A stretch of 64,000 bases of DNA from Batkoa obscura (taxonomy: Eukaryota). The stretch is taken from positions 62,001 to 126,000 of the forward strand of contig JASVEC010000026.1 of assembly GCA_030770535.1 (NCBI GenBank), read 5' to 3'. The position numbers were made by a program, and so were the translations under genes. The notes under the pieces are model-generated. The model was not told where the DNA came from. It worked only from the letters and a program-made list of their open reading frames with translations, and searched no databases. Positions 29,733 through 47,300 of this stretch are shown in pieces. Each line of letters begins with the position of its first letter. Position 1 is the stretch's first letter.

Positions 29733-30090
29733 GGGAGTGTTTTTTCTAGTTTCATCACTTTTTCCATTTTTTAAGCACTATTTAAGTGGAAAAACTTTAG
29801 TAAAATTTTTGAGCAAAAAATATATTCTCATATATTAATTTTATTATTTTTGTAAAAAAAATTAAAAATTAAATTTAAATAATATAAAAACGTTATTGAT
29901 TTTAACAACTATTTAAATTAAATCAAATAATAAGATTAAAATTTATTTATAATATATATTTATATTAATATTTTTTATTTCTATTAATTTATATGGGGAT
30001 GTATTTTTTTGTTTAGGAAATTTACTAGCACGTTTTCCGCTCAAATAGCGCTTAAAAAATGGAAAAAGTGATGAAACCAAAAACATCCTC
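29733..30090. mobile_element. Two MITE copies in opposite orientation (29733-29829 and 29995-30090)
   Basis: Family core and GRG...CYC termini; the second copy is flanked by ATAT on both sides. Confidence 0.85.
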
Positions 30091-30584
30091 ATATTTTTAA
30101 AAATTCAACCAAATTTTTGAACTTTTATTTAAAAAATAAAAAATAAAGTTTATTGTTAATATAAGGAGTTGTTAAAAAAGCATGTGGTTCTATTTGATAA
30201 CTTCATTAATAAAAGTATTGAATAAAACAATTAGGCTATACAATGTTAAAATGTTTGTACTTTCTATATTTTAATAGTCCACTCCACCATAAAGTGGATA
30301 AAAGCACACATTAAAAAAAACTGAGAAGCCAAAAAAACCATCAAACAGGCTAAATTAAAACGTAACCAATGAAATCCTTCTGGCTAAAAATGAACCCTGT
30401 ATTGTTTTCAAAGAAGAATGACTAATTATCATTTTCATTCAAAACGTGTGAAACATTTAAGTTAACCAATAGCTGATAGGGTTTAATTTTCATCTGCTTC
30501 ATTTCATTGGTTTTATTTAAGGTTACGTTGAATCATTTATCTTTTAATTCAGTTTTTAATAAAAAAATAAAAAAAAATATAAAT

Positions 30585-32432
<1,848 letters not shown>

Positions 32433-33136
32433 GTTATTAAACTTTTATAAATTTTTAGATTAATCTTATTGTTGTTTTTGATTGTGTTTTTTTAACTTAG
32501 ATTAGTTCATTTTTAAAAATAAAATTAAAGATTACATAATTAACTTAAGAATGGCGTTATTGAATTCTTCTGTTCAGTTTTTAAGCAGTTATAAGTTTAA
32601 AAATATTTAATTTGATAATGAAATGCAAAAAAATGATTAAATCTTGTTTATATTAATAATTTTGATTAATAAATAGAATAAAACACCATTATTATTATTA
32701 TTATTATATAAAAGCATGATCATTTTGTTGTTTTTTATACTTTATAATGATTAATAATTTATATTAGTTAAACTTATAAATAGATCAATATCCTATTTTT
32801 ACATCAAATTTTTACATCAAATTTTTGCTATTAATACTTTTTTTTATTATAGTAATAATACACTATACTACTTATGTTATAACAAAATAACCATAATATC
32901 TTTTCTTTTCAATACATCTACTATATAAAATACTAACAATGACTCAATTTGATAGAAACTACGCGATTAACTAAAAGATCTAAATAGCCGCTGCGTAAAA
33001 ATAAAAAAACAGCTAATTAATTTGAGTTTTAAAAAAAATCAATGTAACAAATCAAACCTACTTAACAAATCATCAAAAAATTCAGGGTAATAAACAAATG
33101 AAAATTCAGTATAAAACCCAACCAATTTATTCTTTT

Positions 33137-36434
<3,298 letters not shown>

Positions 36435-36548
36435 ATGAATAAATATTATTTTATAATAAAAAAATAAAAAACAAAAAATAAAATTTTAAGGAAATGCAAA
36501 ATAGGACTATGATTGCTATTGATTATTGATTATTTATTTTGTTATGTT

Positions 36549-39500
36549 TTATTCTAATTTTAATTTATCTAATTGATGAATTATATTTTTGATTAAATTA
36601 CTGTCTTCTTTATCATACCGTGATAATAATTCATTTAATAAATCCATTCGTATATTACTATCTTTATCATTTACTTCCAATATTATTTCTTTATCACTTG
36701 AATTTGTTTGTTTACTTTCATTATCTAAATTTACTTGCTCATTTTCATTTTTATCCTCCTCCAACTCATTCTGTTTATTTTCATTCCCACTACTCTCTAG
36801 ATCATTTTGCTTACTTCTATTTATCTTCTCCTCAACCTCTATCTCCCTCTCTTTACTTTCAACTTTCTTCTTTTTTTCATTTCCATTCATGTCCTTTTTC
36901 CTCAAATTAACATCTAAATCAAAAAAGACCTTTATTAGTTTTCATATCATATAATAGCAATTTAATTTTACTTACCTTCTAGTTTCAATTTACATAAAAA
37001 TTTAACTAATAAATACCTTACTTCAAAAGTTTTATCATTAACTAATCGTGCTAAATTAGGTAAAAAAAACTGTTCAAAGATGGATTGATCAAAATAAACT
37101 TGTTGAATTTTTTCACATATAAGAATATATCTATTATAGAAATAATAAAATAAATTAATATCTTAAATAATAAAATAAATTAATGATAAAAATAAAACTT
37201 ACAATTGCCTATTAGAATAACTTTTGGAATGTAATAAATCATTTAAAAGATCAAAAAAATAAACCCATAAAGAAGATTCATTTTCTAAATTTAAGTGCAC
37301 TTTTTCATAAATGGACGGTATCTAAAATAAAATAAAAAAATGTTATTATATAATAAATTATAAATTCAGCTACTAATATACTATCATTTATCATAGTATA
37401 TTGTTATTTTATTTAATTCTATATTATTAAAATTAATTATAAAAACTTACTAATTCTACAATCCAATATCGAATTTCTTTAGGTTGTTTTAAACTAGCAT
37501 TATTTAATAACATAGGTAATAATTGAAGTACTGTAAATTTATTCTTTAATAATGGAATAAATTGAGATAATTGACTAATTTAAAAAATAAAAAATAATTA
37601 TATATTTATATTAATTACTATACTATTATAACATTGAAAATAAAAACTTACTTTATAATTTGTTTTTTAATTCTCCAATCTTTAATATAATCATTATCAA
37701 TAGTTAAATAATAATTCATTAGATTAATTATTAATTTTAAGACTCTTTCTTTTTCTTTTTCAGTAATTTTTTTATATAGTTCAATACTATTCATCATTAT
37801 TTTAAATTTTATCTATTTCAAATAAAATAATTTCTATTAATAAGGTATTCTAATTGTATTAATATTCTTACCTCATCTTCATTATAATTAATTAATCTTT
37901 CAAAGATTGGCAATAAATCTTTATTTACTTGTTCATTAGTTAATAATTTAACAATTTCATGAAATGAAGAGGCAAATATTGTTAATATTTGTAACTAAAA
38001 GTATATTTATTATTATTATTATTATTAACTAATTAATTAATTCCTCTACTTACTTCTTTATCTTTTGATAAATATTGATAATAAGTTACTAATTTATCCC
38101 AATTCTTATTTCCCATTGATAATAATACAGCTAAATAAACAAATATTAATTTGTTTTAATATGTTTGTTATTTCAACTTACCAGGAAAATGAACGATAGA
38201 ACCTAATCTTAATTCAAATTTAGAAGATTTACAATTTGATAAATATTTTTTAAGTAAACTTTCAGTTATCTAAATACATTAATAAACCCATAATAATATT
38301 GTAATTTATATTTAATAAACTTACATTATTTTGATTGTTAAATAAATAAATAAATCGACCAATTAAATAATTGGCTTGATTATTGACTTTATTAGAATTA
38401 TCCTTTAACAATAATTCAAACAAATTAATCATTTTTAATGAATATCCTTCAATACCAATCATAGTTTCACTTATTTCAACTAATAAATCTAATGTTTCGT
38501 AACGTACTTCATATACTTCATCTTTACATAATAATTCTAACAAAGGATACTAAGTTATATTAATTTAATACTAATATTAATTTATATTATAATTTACAAT
38601 TCTATGAATTAATATATCCATTTTTAATAATTTAAAAAAAGATTTTAAACTTATTGCTAATTCCTAATATCAAAATATTAATTGATTATTATATACTATA
38701 TTTAATAAAGCTACTTTTCTAATTTCATAATTAGTTTCATGAATTAAGTTTTCTAATGTTGGTAATAAAACTTCAATTAAAGTTTGTAATTTAAATACAG
38801 AAAATAGAGGTGTTAAAATCTAAAATAAAATAAAAATATTAACGCCATATTTGATTACACTAGATAACCCAAATTCTTACCTTCAATACTTTAATTTTAA
38901 TAGTATTTTGACTACAATCAATATATTGATTGAGATCAAAGTTAAAATTACAAGCTAACAAATTAATTAATATAGGCAATAATTCCAATTCAAAACAATT
39001 TAAATCCATTAATTTTAAAAAACTAGTAATTGCTAATTCACTTTTTTCACTTAAATTACTTTCTTGAGAAAATAATGTAACTCCTAATAATTGAACCATA
39101 CTCTCTTCATCCATTCTTAATTTTTCACTATTTTTAAACGGTATCTATTAAATAGTTGTATAAATATATTAATGGTTGTTTAACTATTATCTATTACCTC
39201 ATAAAAAAATAACAATATTTGATCCAAACTTTCGATTAAACTTTCCCTTACTGCCAAGACTAAAAATTGCTTCATTAACCTGTAATCAAAATAACTCAAT
39301 AAAAAACCCTTACTATCATCCTGACATAGTCTTAATGTTAATGGAAACACATAAGCAAATGCTTGTTCTAAAGTTAATTCATTTAACAATTTCGGTATCT
39401 GAGTACAAATCCAAATCCTCCTGTAAAAATTGAAATCTTTATTAACTTTTATTCATATAGAATAATTTAATAATAATAATTCACCTAGGCGCTGCATTAG

Positions 39501-39885
39501 CACTGACACATAAAAATAATTTTTCCAAGGCTGGTAATTCAGCTAATGTTATAAATTCTAAATCTTCCGCTAAAAGTATTGATTTGTTAAAATTCACCAC
39601 ATTTACAATCTCAAATATTCAAAATAAATTTACCATATTTATATCGAATCCCAGTAGGAAATGTATCCAATTCAAACTCATTTGATGGTGGTAATGGGGG
39701 TAAGGATTTATCTTCTGATATTACTGTTTTTTCTTCAATTTCACTATATTTAAATAAACAATCGCCTTCTTCTTCAATAATAGCTTCGTCTTCATCTTCA
39801 TAAAAGTTTAATCCTAAGTCTATAGAAGATTAGTTGAAGATTAGAGGAAGGAGAGGGTAAAATAAGAGAGTTTATTACCTGCCAT
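36549..39885 (-). CDS. HEAT-repeat protein similar to protein phosphatase 4 regulatory subunit 1, many exons
   Basis: Spliced start MADLGLNFYEDED; LCKDEVYEVR; HFPAVLLSMG..NW..L; FASSFHEI; DLLPIF; DWRIKK; LARLVNDK.FEVR. These resemble PPP4R1 motifs. Confidence 0.7.
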
Positions 39886-40365
39886 GATTCCTTTTTATGA
39901 ACTTTTTAATAAAATTTTGAAAAATAGAAAGGGGTTTTGGAAAATTTAATCAATTGAAAATATGTTCCGCTTTTTTCTAAGTTTTCGAAAATTGAATAGA
40001 TTTTAAGAACAAAAAATTTAATGTTTTTCTTTTTAGTTTATCATAGTTAATAAATTGTCATTTGATTGCTCATGGTTACTATGAAATATCAGTAGTTTAA
40101 AAATTAAATTGATAGCTTTGTTTCAATTTTATGTGTTCGCATATATTTTGAGTCTATTAAAATTAGCATAAATAGTGAAGCAATTTACTTATAAAACATG
40201 TACATTTTAATTAATAATTAAATATAATGCTAGTTGTGAGTTTATTTTTTAAGAACTCATAAAAAGCTTAAACTTCGAAATACTTTATTAACAGATTAAT
40301 AGAAAAGAACTCGGATATTAATCTTAAGCATGTAATCGATAAAGATTTTCAATAAATAGTATACA

Positions 40366-41589
40366 TTATAAACTTTTAATAAACTTAGGATATTGAATAG
40401 AGTTTCTTCCTTCTATTTCATCATTGATAGTGTTAGAATCATATTTAAAGCCATCATTTTCTATATCATTTAAATCAAATACATCACTATTATAATTCAA
40501 TAACATTTACTCAATATACTTATAAATACTATAAAATAATGTTATCTATTTATCTGATCAATTTGTTTCTTGACTCTAAAGTATACACTTCTAAGTGCTT
40601 GATGGATAGTTGGATCACAAAAGAAGGCAATGAAATTAAGTATGCCTATTAAACCAACCGTAATATAACAGAAATTTTTTAACTCTGGTGCTTGAATGCT
40701 TCCAAGATCGTAAGCTGACTAACTTATAGCTATTCCAATGTTACCAATGATCCTCACTATTGGATATAATAAGCTAAAAAAAATTAGTTTAAATATTTGA
40801 AAATACAATAAATATTACGTTCTTGAGGCAAGCAATTGAATATTCTTAAGCATATCAACTGATCTTCTAGCATCAATAGCTACTTGGTTTTCTTTTATTA
40901 TACTATGACTCCGGAATAATTCTATTAAAACTAGAGTTAAAATAACGAATAAATAAGCCACAAAAATAATATTTACTAGACGACTAGCAAAAAAATCAAT
41001 CATTTTAGAATAATACACATTATTCGATGTAAGATAATATCGCTCAAAATCACTATATTCAAGTGTCCCATTTACTAAATGAATATTAATTAATAATAAT
41101 TTGCTATATATCAAGACAATATAACAAGTGGAAGGATAATAACTAAGAGAGTAAGTAAAATAGAGCCAATATAGTATTTTGCTTCAATTTTTCTAGTTAT
41201 ATCAATACCATGAATAAGTACTAATTATAAATTGATTTTGATAGCAACATTAAGAAGAACATAAAACAAAGGAAATGCTAATAGTTGATATGCAATAGTC
41301 GTACATAAATGAGACCATTCATAGTCATTATCTCTGGCCTATAATAAAAAAGAGTGGGACCAAATGTCATAACATGAAATAACGGTTCGTAATCTAAAAG
41401 TTACTCTGTTGACCAGCTTACGATTATAGATAGTTTTTAAATAAAGTTGGAGATTAAATATAAATGTCTATAGGCTATACCTAAAACGATTATAGCTAGT
41501 ACAACTACAAACACTAGAGTTAGCCAAACCTTTGATATTACCAGATAAACTTCATTTATTATATAATCTTTATATGAATCTGCACTCAT
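40366..41589 (-). pseudogene. 7TM receptor-like family A copy 3, pseudogene
   Basis: Colinear with copies 1 and 2, but the intron-1 acceptor AG is lost and there are in-frame stops at about 41340, 41227 and 40720. Confidence 0.85.
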
Positions 41590-42248
41590 ATTATTTTAGA
41601 CTAGTTAATATAAATTCCTAGACTTTAAACCATGGATACTGTTTATATATGTAATGACTTGTTACTATTATACTTGTTTTGAAATTTAGAGTTTTTCAAT
41701 TTTATATTTCATATTAGTAAAGCAACAGGTAATTTCCAGAGGTATGGCTTTATTAATGATTTTATTCTTTTGATTCATCCATGATTTAACCACATACGTA
41801 GTTAAAAATATTCTAGATACCATAAAGCTTTACTATGTATCGTGCTTCTGCTTGTCAGGATCTATAAAAAATTATAAAATGTTTTCGAGCTATTCATATT
41901 ATACAACCTATATTGTATTTTGTAGTTTTTCATTTTAACGATATAGGTATTTATTTTGATAAGCTTTATATTATCCTAGGATTGTTAGAAGCTCTATTTT
42001 TTAACACACAGATTAATACAATAGAAGCGCAAACTAAATCATTTATAGTGTTTAAAATAATTTTAATAACAACCAATAGCAGTTTACAGGGCCCAAATAA
42101 AAGCAACGATTTATACCATGATACTTTGTTTTTAATTTTTAAAACTAAATATAAAAACTAAAAGCTTATCAAAACCAAAGAGCAGGTTTATAATAAGATT
42201 TATGTAGTAAATTACTAGTTTTTATCTCTTATCCTTATATAGATATAT

Positions 42249-42659
42249 GGAGATGTATTTTTTTGTTCAAAAATTTTACTAACAATTTTTCCGATCAAAT
42301 AGCGCTTAAAAAATGGAAAAAATAATGAACCCAAAAAAAACATCCCCATATATTATTTAAAATTTATCAGTTTAAATATTAATTTTTAGAGAATGGATAC
42401 TTGTTTCGAGACTAGGATTAAAACATGATTTTGAAGTTAAAAACATTTTATAAAACTGAATGAATGACTTTTAATTTCATATTAGTTAAGTCTATATACT
42501 TTTAATTTTCTCGCTATTTCATGTTTCTTTTCGACTTAGGGAATCACTTAGTATATATATGGGGGTATTTTTTTTAGATTCATCACTTTTTCCATCTTTT
42601 AAGCGCTATTTGACCGGAAAAATTGTTAGTAAAATTCTTGAACAAAAAAATACATCCCC
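42249..42659. mobile_element. Two MITE copies (42249-42347 and 42561-42659)
   Basis: Family core and termini. The first is flanked by ATAT on both sides; the second abuts a truncated pseudogene. Confidence 0.85.
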
Positions 42660-43048
42660 TATTGTTATATAAAACTAGTCATTTTTACTAGCAATATCCC
42701 TGAGTTTATTGATTTAAGTTCCAATGATTCCTTTGACAATAATAGGTCATTATTAAAAGTTTCATGGAATAAAAAATCAGTGATCTTACGAATTTAAGGA
42801 TCACTTGGGTTGTATCCTATTTGCGCGTTCTTTAGCTGTATACTATATATTATCGATTCATTCCTAGTATATATTAATAATAGCATTAAATTGAGATATA
42901 CCTTGGATTCTATTTCCATCGTTCTATATGCCCTAGGGATTCTCTTTAACCCATTGTTGGTGGTCACTAATCATACTATAGTCAATAAGTAAATGGTTGA
43001 AGTAAGCAAAATTGTTCCAAAAAAAATAAAAATAATTAGACAATATAG
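42660..43048 (+). pseudogene. 5'-truncated pseudogene of the 7TM protein at 54423-55346
   Basis: IPEFI.L.SND, VILRI*GSLGLY and GILFNPLLVVTNHTIVNK* match the C-terminal half of that gene, with two in-frame stops. Confidence 0.85.
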
Positions 43049-43054
43049 TAGCTG

Positions 43055-43104
43055 TTTTATTTTATTTTATTTTATTTTATTTTATTTTATTTTATTTTAT
43101 TTTA
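43055..43104. repeat. (TTTTA)n microsatellite, about 10 units
   Basis: Read directly from the sequence. Confidence 0.9.
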
Positions 43105-44348
43105 TTTTTATTTTTATTATCCCTGATATCCTGGTGTTTTTATTACTAAGAGTTTTTTAAAGAGGAGACTAAAAAGAAGAAATGATTTAAAAGCTATAAA
43201 ATAACTCAAATGACATAGACGCAATACTACAATATGGTTACATTCCTTTTTAGATTTTTGGCATCAAAAAACAAGAATTATATTATATGGGGGTGTCCGA
43301 ATTGGTTTCAGAATTTAATTAGAAATTAATCCAAATTTTAAGTTTTTAAATTTGTAAGTCTTTAATGTATGATTAGCTAAATTTAAAAAGCTTAAAATTA
43401 AATATAAAAATTTAACTTAAAGACTTATTTTATTTATTTTATTTTTTTGATTATATGTTTGTGAAAGTTAGTGCCCAGCGGTAGGAGTTAAAAGCAGTTC
43501 TTGCTTGATTAACTTGCCTTGAGTCGAAGGGTCTTAGTTTATGTAACTAAGATAGACTTAAATGAATAAGAATAATACGTAATAGGCTACGAACTATATA
43601 AAATAAATAGAATGAAAGATACTACTGTAAAATCTATGTAAAATACTATAAGACTTAGTGGCTTTATTAATGGTACAATATTAGGGAATAATTTAGTTAA
43701 AAAGCCTCGAGTTATCATGTTGAAGAATCTCTTTTATACTCCAATAAATATGGATATTAAAACGGGAAGATAATATTGTTTGCAATATGAAGTTATAAAT
43801 TCTCACAGTAAATCAAAGAAAGGAGCTCTGGATTGACTATACCACATGGTCTGTGAAATCTGGTACTCAGGGTTTGGAGTCAAGAACAGCTATTGCTGGG
43901 TTGACTACACTATAAGTCGAAAGGTCTTAGTTTATGTAACTAAGATAGACTTGGATTATGAGGAATAGCACGTAATAGGTTACAAGCTATATAAGACAAA
44001 TAGAATAGACAATACTAATGTAAAATCTATGTAAAATAATATTAAGAAAACTTAGTGGCTTTATTAAATGTTCGAGATATCAGGGATTAATTCAGTTAAA
44101 AAGCCTCGAACTATTATACTCTGTAAACTCTTTTATACTCTGAAAAGTATAAGTATCAAAATGAGAAGATAATATTCTTTTGGGCGGAACTAGAAATTCT
44201 CATAACAAATCAAAATAATTAACCATGGGACTGACGAAGCGATATTTCACATTTCCCTCCCTATGATTTGATATAGTGAATTTTTATGGCTTACTTACCG
44301 AGAACCTATGAGATGGAATTTGACTAGTTACAAATTGTATTCATTGAA

Positions 44349-47300
44349 TCACATTGCTGATTTGAGAAACTTGGCATGGACTCGGTTATATATAACGCTT
44401 GTTCGTTTATGTTTAATTGAATAGCTATCATACAAGTGTTTATGTATGACTTCATATGGTCCATCCCATTTCAATGCTAATTTATTTTTTCTAGATTGAT
44501 TATAGGAAGGGTACAGATGAACGATATCACCTACTTTGAAGACGGCTAGACGAGGAAGTCGAGAAATATCTTGTCGATACCTCCTTGTTTTCGAGTCTGT
44601 CAATGCATTAAAGGCGTCAACTTGGATAGCTATTAATTTTTTTGTTAGCTTAAGCAAGTACATGTCAGGACTCATCTCTTCTTGTCTAACCATCAAAGGA
44701 GCGAATGATATGGGGAGTCCCGGATGTCTCCCATAAAGCATAACAAAAGGGGATTTTTTGGTAATACTATGTACTGAATATCTATATGCTAAAATAGCAG
44801 AATGTAGATATTCATCCCAAGAGCTAGTTTTATCGAAAGCCAGCTTCCTTAGTATACGTACTAGTGTACCATTTACTCTCTCAACCATTCCGTTAGTTTC
44901 AGGGTGATATGGAGCTGCAGTAGAATGCTTTATGGCCATTAGTCTAGCTAATTTCGGGAGAACCAGGTTAACAAAATTGGCAGCGTTATCAGTAAGTATC
45001 ACCTGAGGGCTTCCATGCCTACAAATAATATCTTCGTATATAAATTTAGATATGTGAAAGGAAGTCTGATTTGGTATTGCTTTAGCTTCAACCCATTTAG
45101 TTAGATGGTCGATAGCTACAACAATAAATTTGTTCCCTCTTACCGAGGAGGCCTCACAGAGAGGACCTATTACATCTATACTTACCGTGTGAAATGCATG
45201 TTTAGGTAAAATAAACTTATAGGCTGTAGCTTTTATTTTACTTTGTTCCCTCTTGCAAACATCGCAATTATTTATAAAGTCTTCCAAATCTGGTATCATT
45301 GATTCCCAATAGCAGGAGACTTTCATAGTATCGTATGTTTTTTGGAAGGCTGAATGTCCACAGATTACATCATGGAATTGTTGGCATGCAGATAGTCGTG
45401 AAGAAGGCCTAATATATGGAATATATGTTCCCTTAATCTTTTTATACAAGGCATTATCTCTTACAATGATATTTTGAGCGTTTTTCTCAAGCCATTGTTT
45501 GAGTTCAGGCTGCTGCTGCGGCCATTTATCTTTATTACCCAATAGATTGTACAAATCATCATCTATGGGGGTAGCTAGACAAATTCTGGGCAACCTGCTA
45601 AGCCCATCTGCATTTTGATGATCTTTACCTGGTTTATATACTATATCAAAACTATACGATTGTAGTTTTAGAGCCCACCTAGCTAAACGTCCTTCAGGAT
45701 TAGTGATTGAATACAACCATTTTAGGGAAACATGATCGGTAATAACAGTAAAGTGAGTGCCGTAGATATACGGTCTAAATGCCTTTATAGCATGAATAAT
45801 TGCAAGGCATTCTTTCTCTGTTGTAGTGTAGTTCCTTTCGTGTTTCGACAAGGTCCTAGAGGTATAGGCTATTGGGTGTTCACAATTGTTATCATCGAGT
45901 TGACTTAAAACACCTCCAACTGCAGTTAGACTAGCGTCAGTATGTAGTGAGAAGGGCTTTGAGAAATTTGGAAACATCAATACTGGGGCGTTAAGCAGCT
46001 TGTTGCGAAGCTCTTCAAAAGCTTGTTGGTGTTCTTCCTTCCATTGAAACTTGACTTCTTTCTTTAGTAATTGGAACAGTGGGGTAGCTAAATTCGAAAA
46101 GTCTTTTATAAACCTTCGATAATAATTCATTAATCCAAGGAACACTTGTACCTCCCGCATTGTAGTTGGGGGGAGAAGCTCCTTTACTGCATCTAGTTTA
46201 TTTGGAATAGGGGCTAGTCCTTTGTCAGAGACTTTATAGCCTAGAAATTCCAGACTAGTTTGGAAGAATGAACACTTCTTTGGTTTTAACTTTAGATTGG
46301 CTTGACGGAGGCGCTCAAATACTGCTTTAAGATGAGTTAAGTGATCTACAAAAGTTCTTGAAAACACATTCAAGTCATCTAAGTAAATTAATACACACGA
46401 AAGTTTAAGGTCACCTAGTGTATTATCCATAAGACGCTGGAATGTAGCGGGAGCGTTCGAAAGGCCTTGTGGCATCCTAGTTGGTTGAAATAGTCCTTCA
46501 GAAGTTATTAAAGCGCACTTTTCTTGGTCTTCTGGATCCATTTCTACCTGCCAGTATCCTGAGATTAAATCCATTGCTGAAAAGTATTTAGCACCTTGTA
46601 ATCGGTCAACCGCATCGTCTATTCTGGGTAGAGGGTATACATCTTTCTTTGTGATTTTGTTAAGCTTTCTATAGTCCATAACTACTCTATTAGTTCCATC
46701 TTTTTTCTTAACGATCATAAGGGGGGAGGCCCATGGACTATTTGAAGGAATGATTAAACCTAGCCTTAAGAGTTTTTGAACTTCTTCTCGTTCTGCTTTG
46801 AGTTCAGATTGAGATTTACGATATGCTTTAGTTGCGACGGGTAATGAATCACATGTATATACTTTATGTTTAGTATTGCGAGCGCAACCAATATCTTCTT
46901 CTGAAGTTGCGAATATGTCTTTATATTCCTCCAGCAATTTATAAAATTGGAGTTGCTCATCTTGGTTTAGATGGTTAATAGTGTCTTTTTCCACAAAAAG
47001 GGCTTGGTTATTTGGGGCCTCTTCGTGAATTTGAAATTCTTCTAGTGTTGCAAATTTACTGAAAGTATTAATCAAGGCGTTGTTTTCTACGTATATCGTG
47101 CCAATCTGTTGGCATCTAGAGATATTGATTTCTTTTTTGGTAATGTTTGCAAGTAATAACTTGATAGTCTCATTCATGTTGTTGCCTAAAATTCCGGGCA
47201 TAGTTAGTGGTTCTAATTGTGAGACACCTTCTATACTATATATAGATAAATGGAATTCCTTAGGTATCCATAGTGAGATCTCAGTATCTAATACTATCTG

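Noticed and set aside
36589..36954. Plus-strand hydrophobic ORFs, and similar shadow ORFs at 8194, 10277, 12008, 15698, 47080-50011, 51947 and 54446
   Set aside because: They are antisense or alternate-frame shadows of well-supported coding regions.
40366..41589. CpA>TpA nonsense codons as proof of RIP
   Set aside because: Stops created by C>T transitions are mostly in CpA context by necessity, so this is ascertainment bias.
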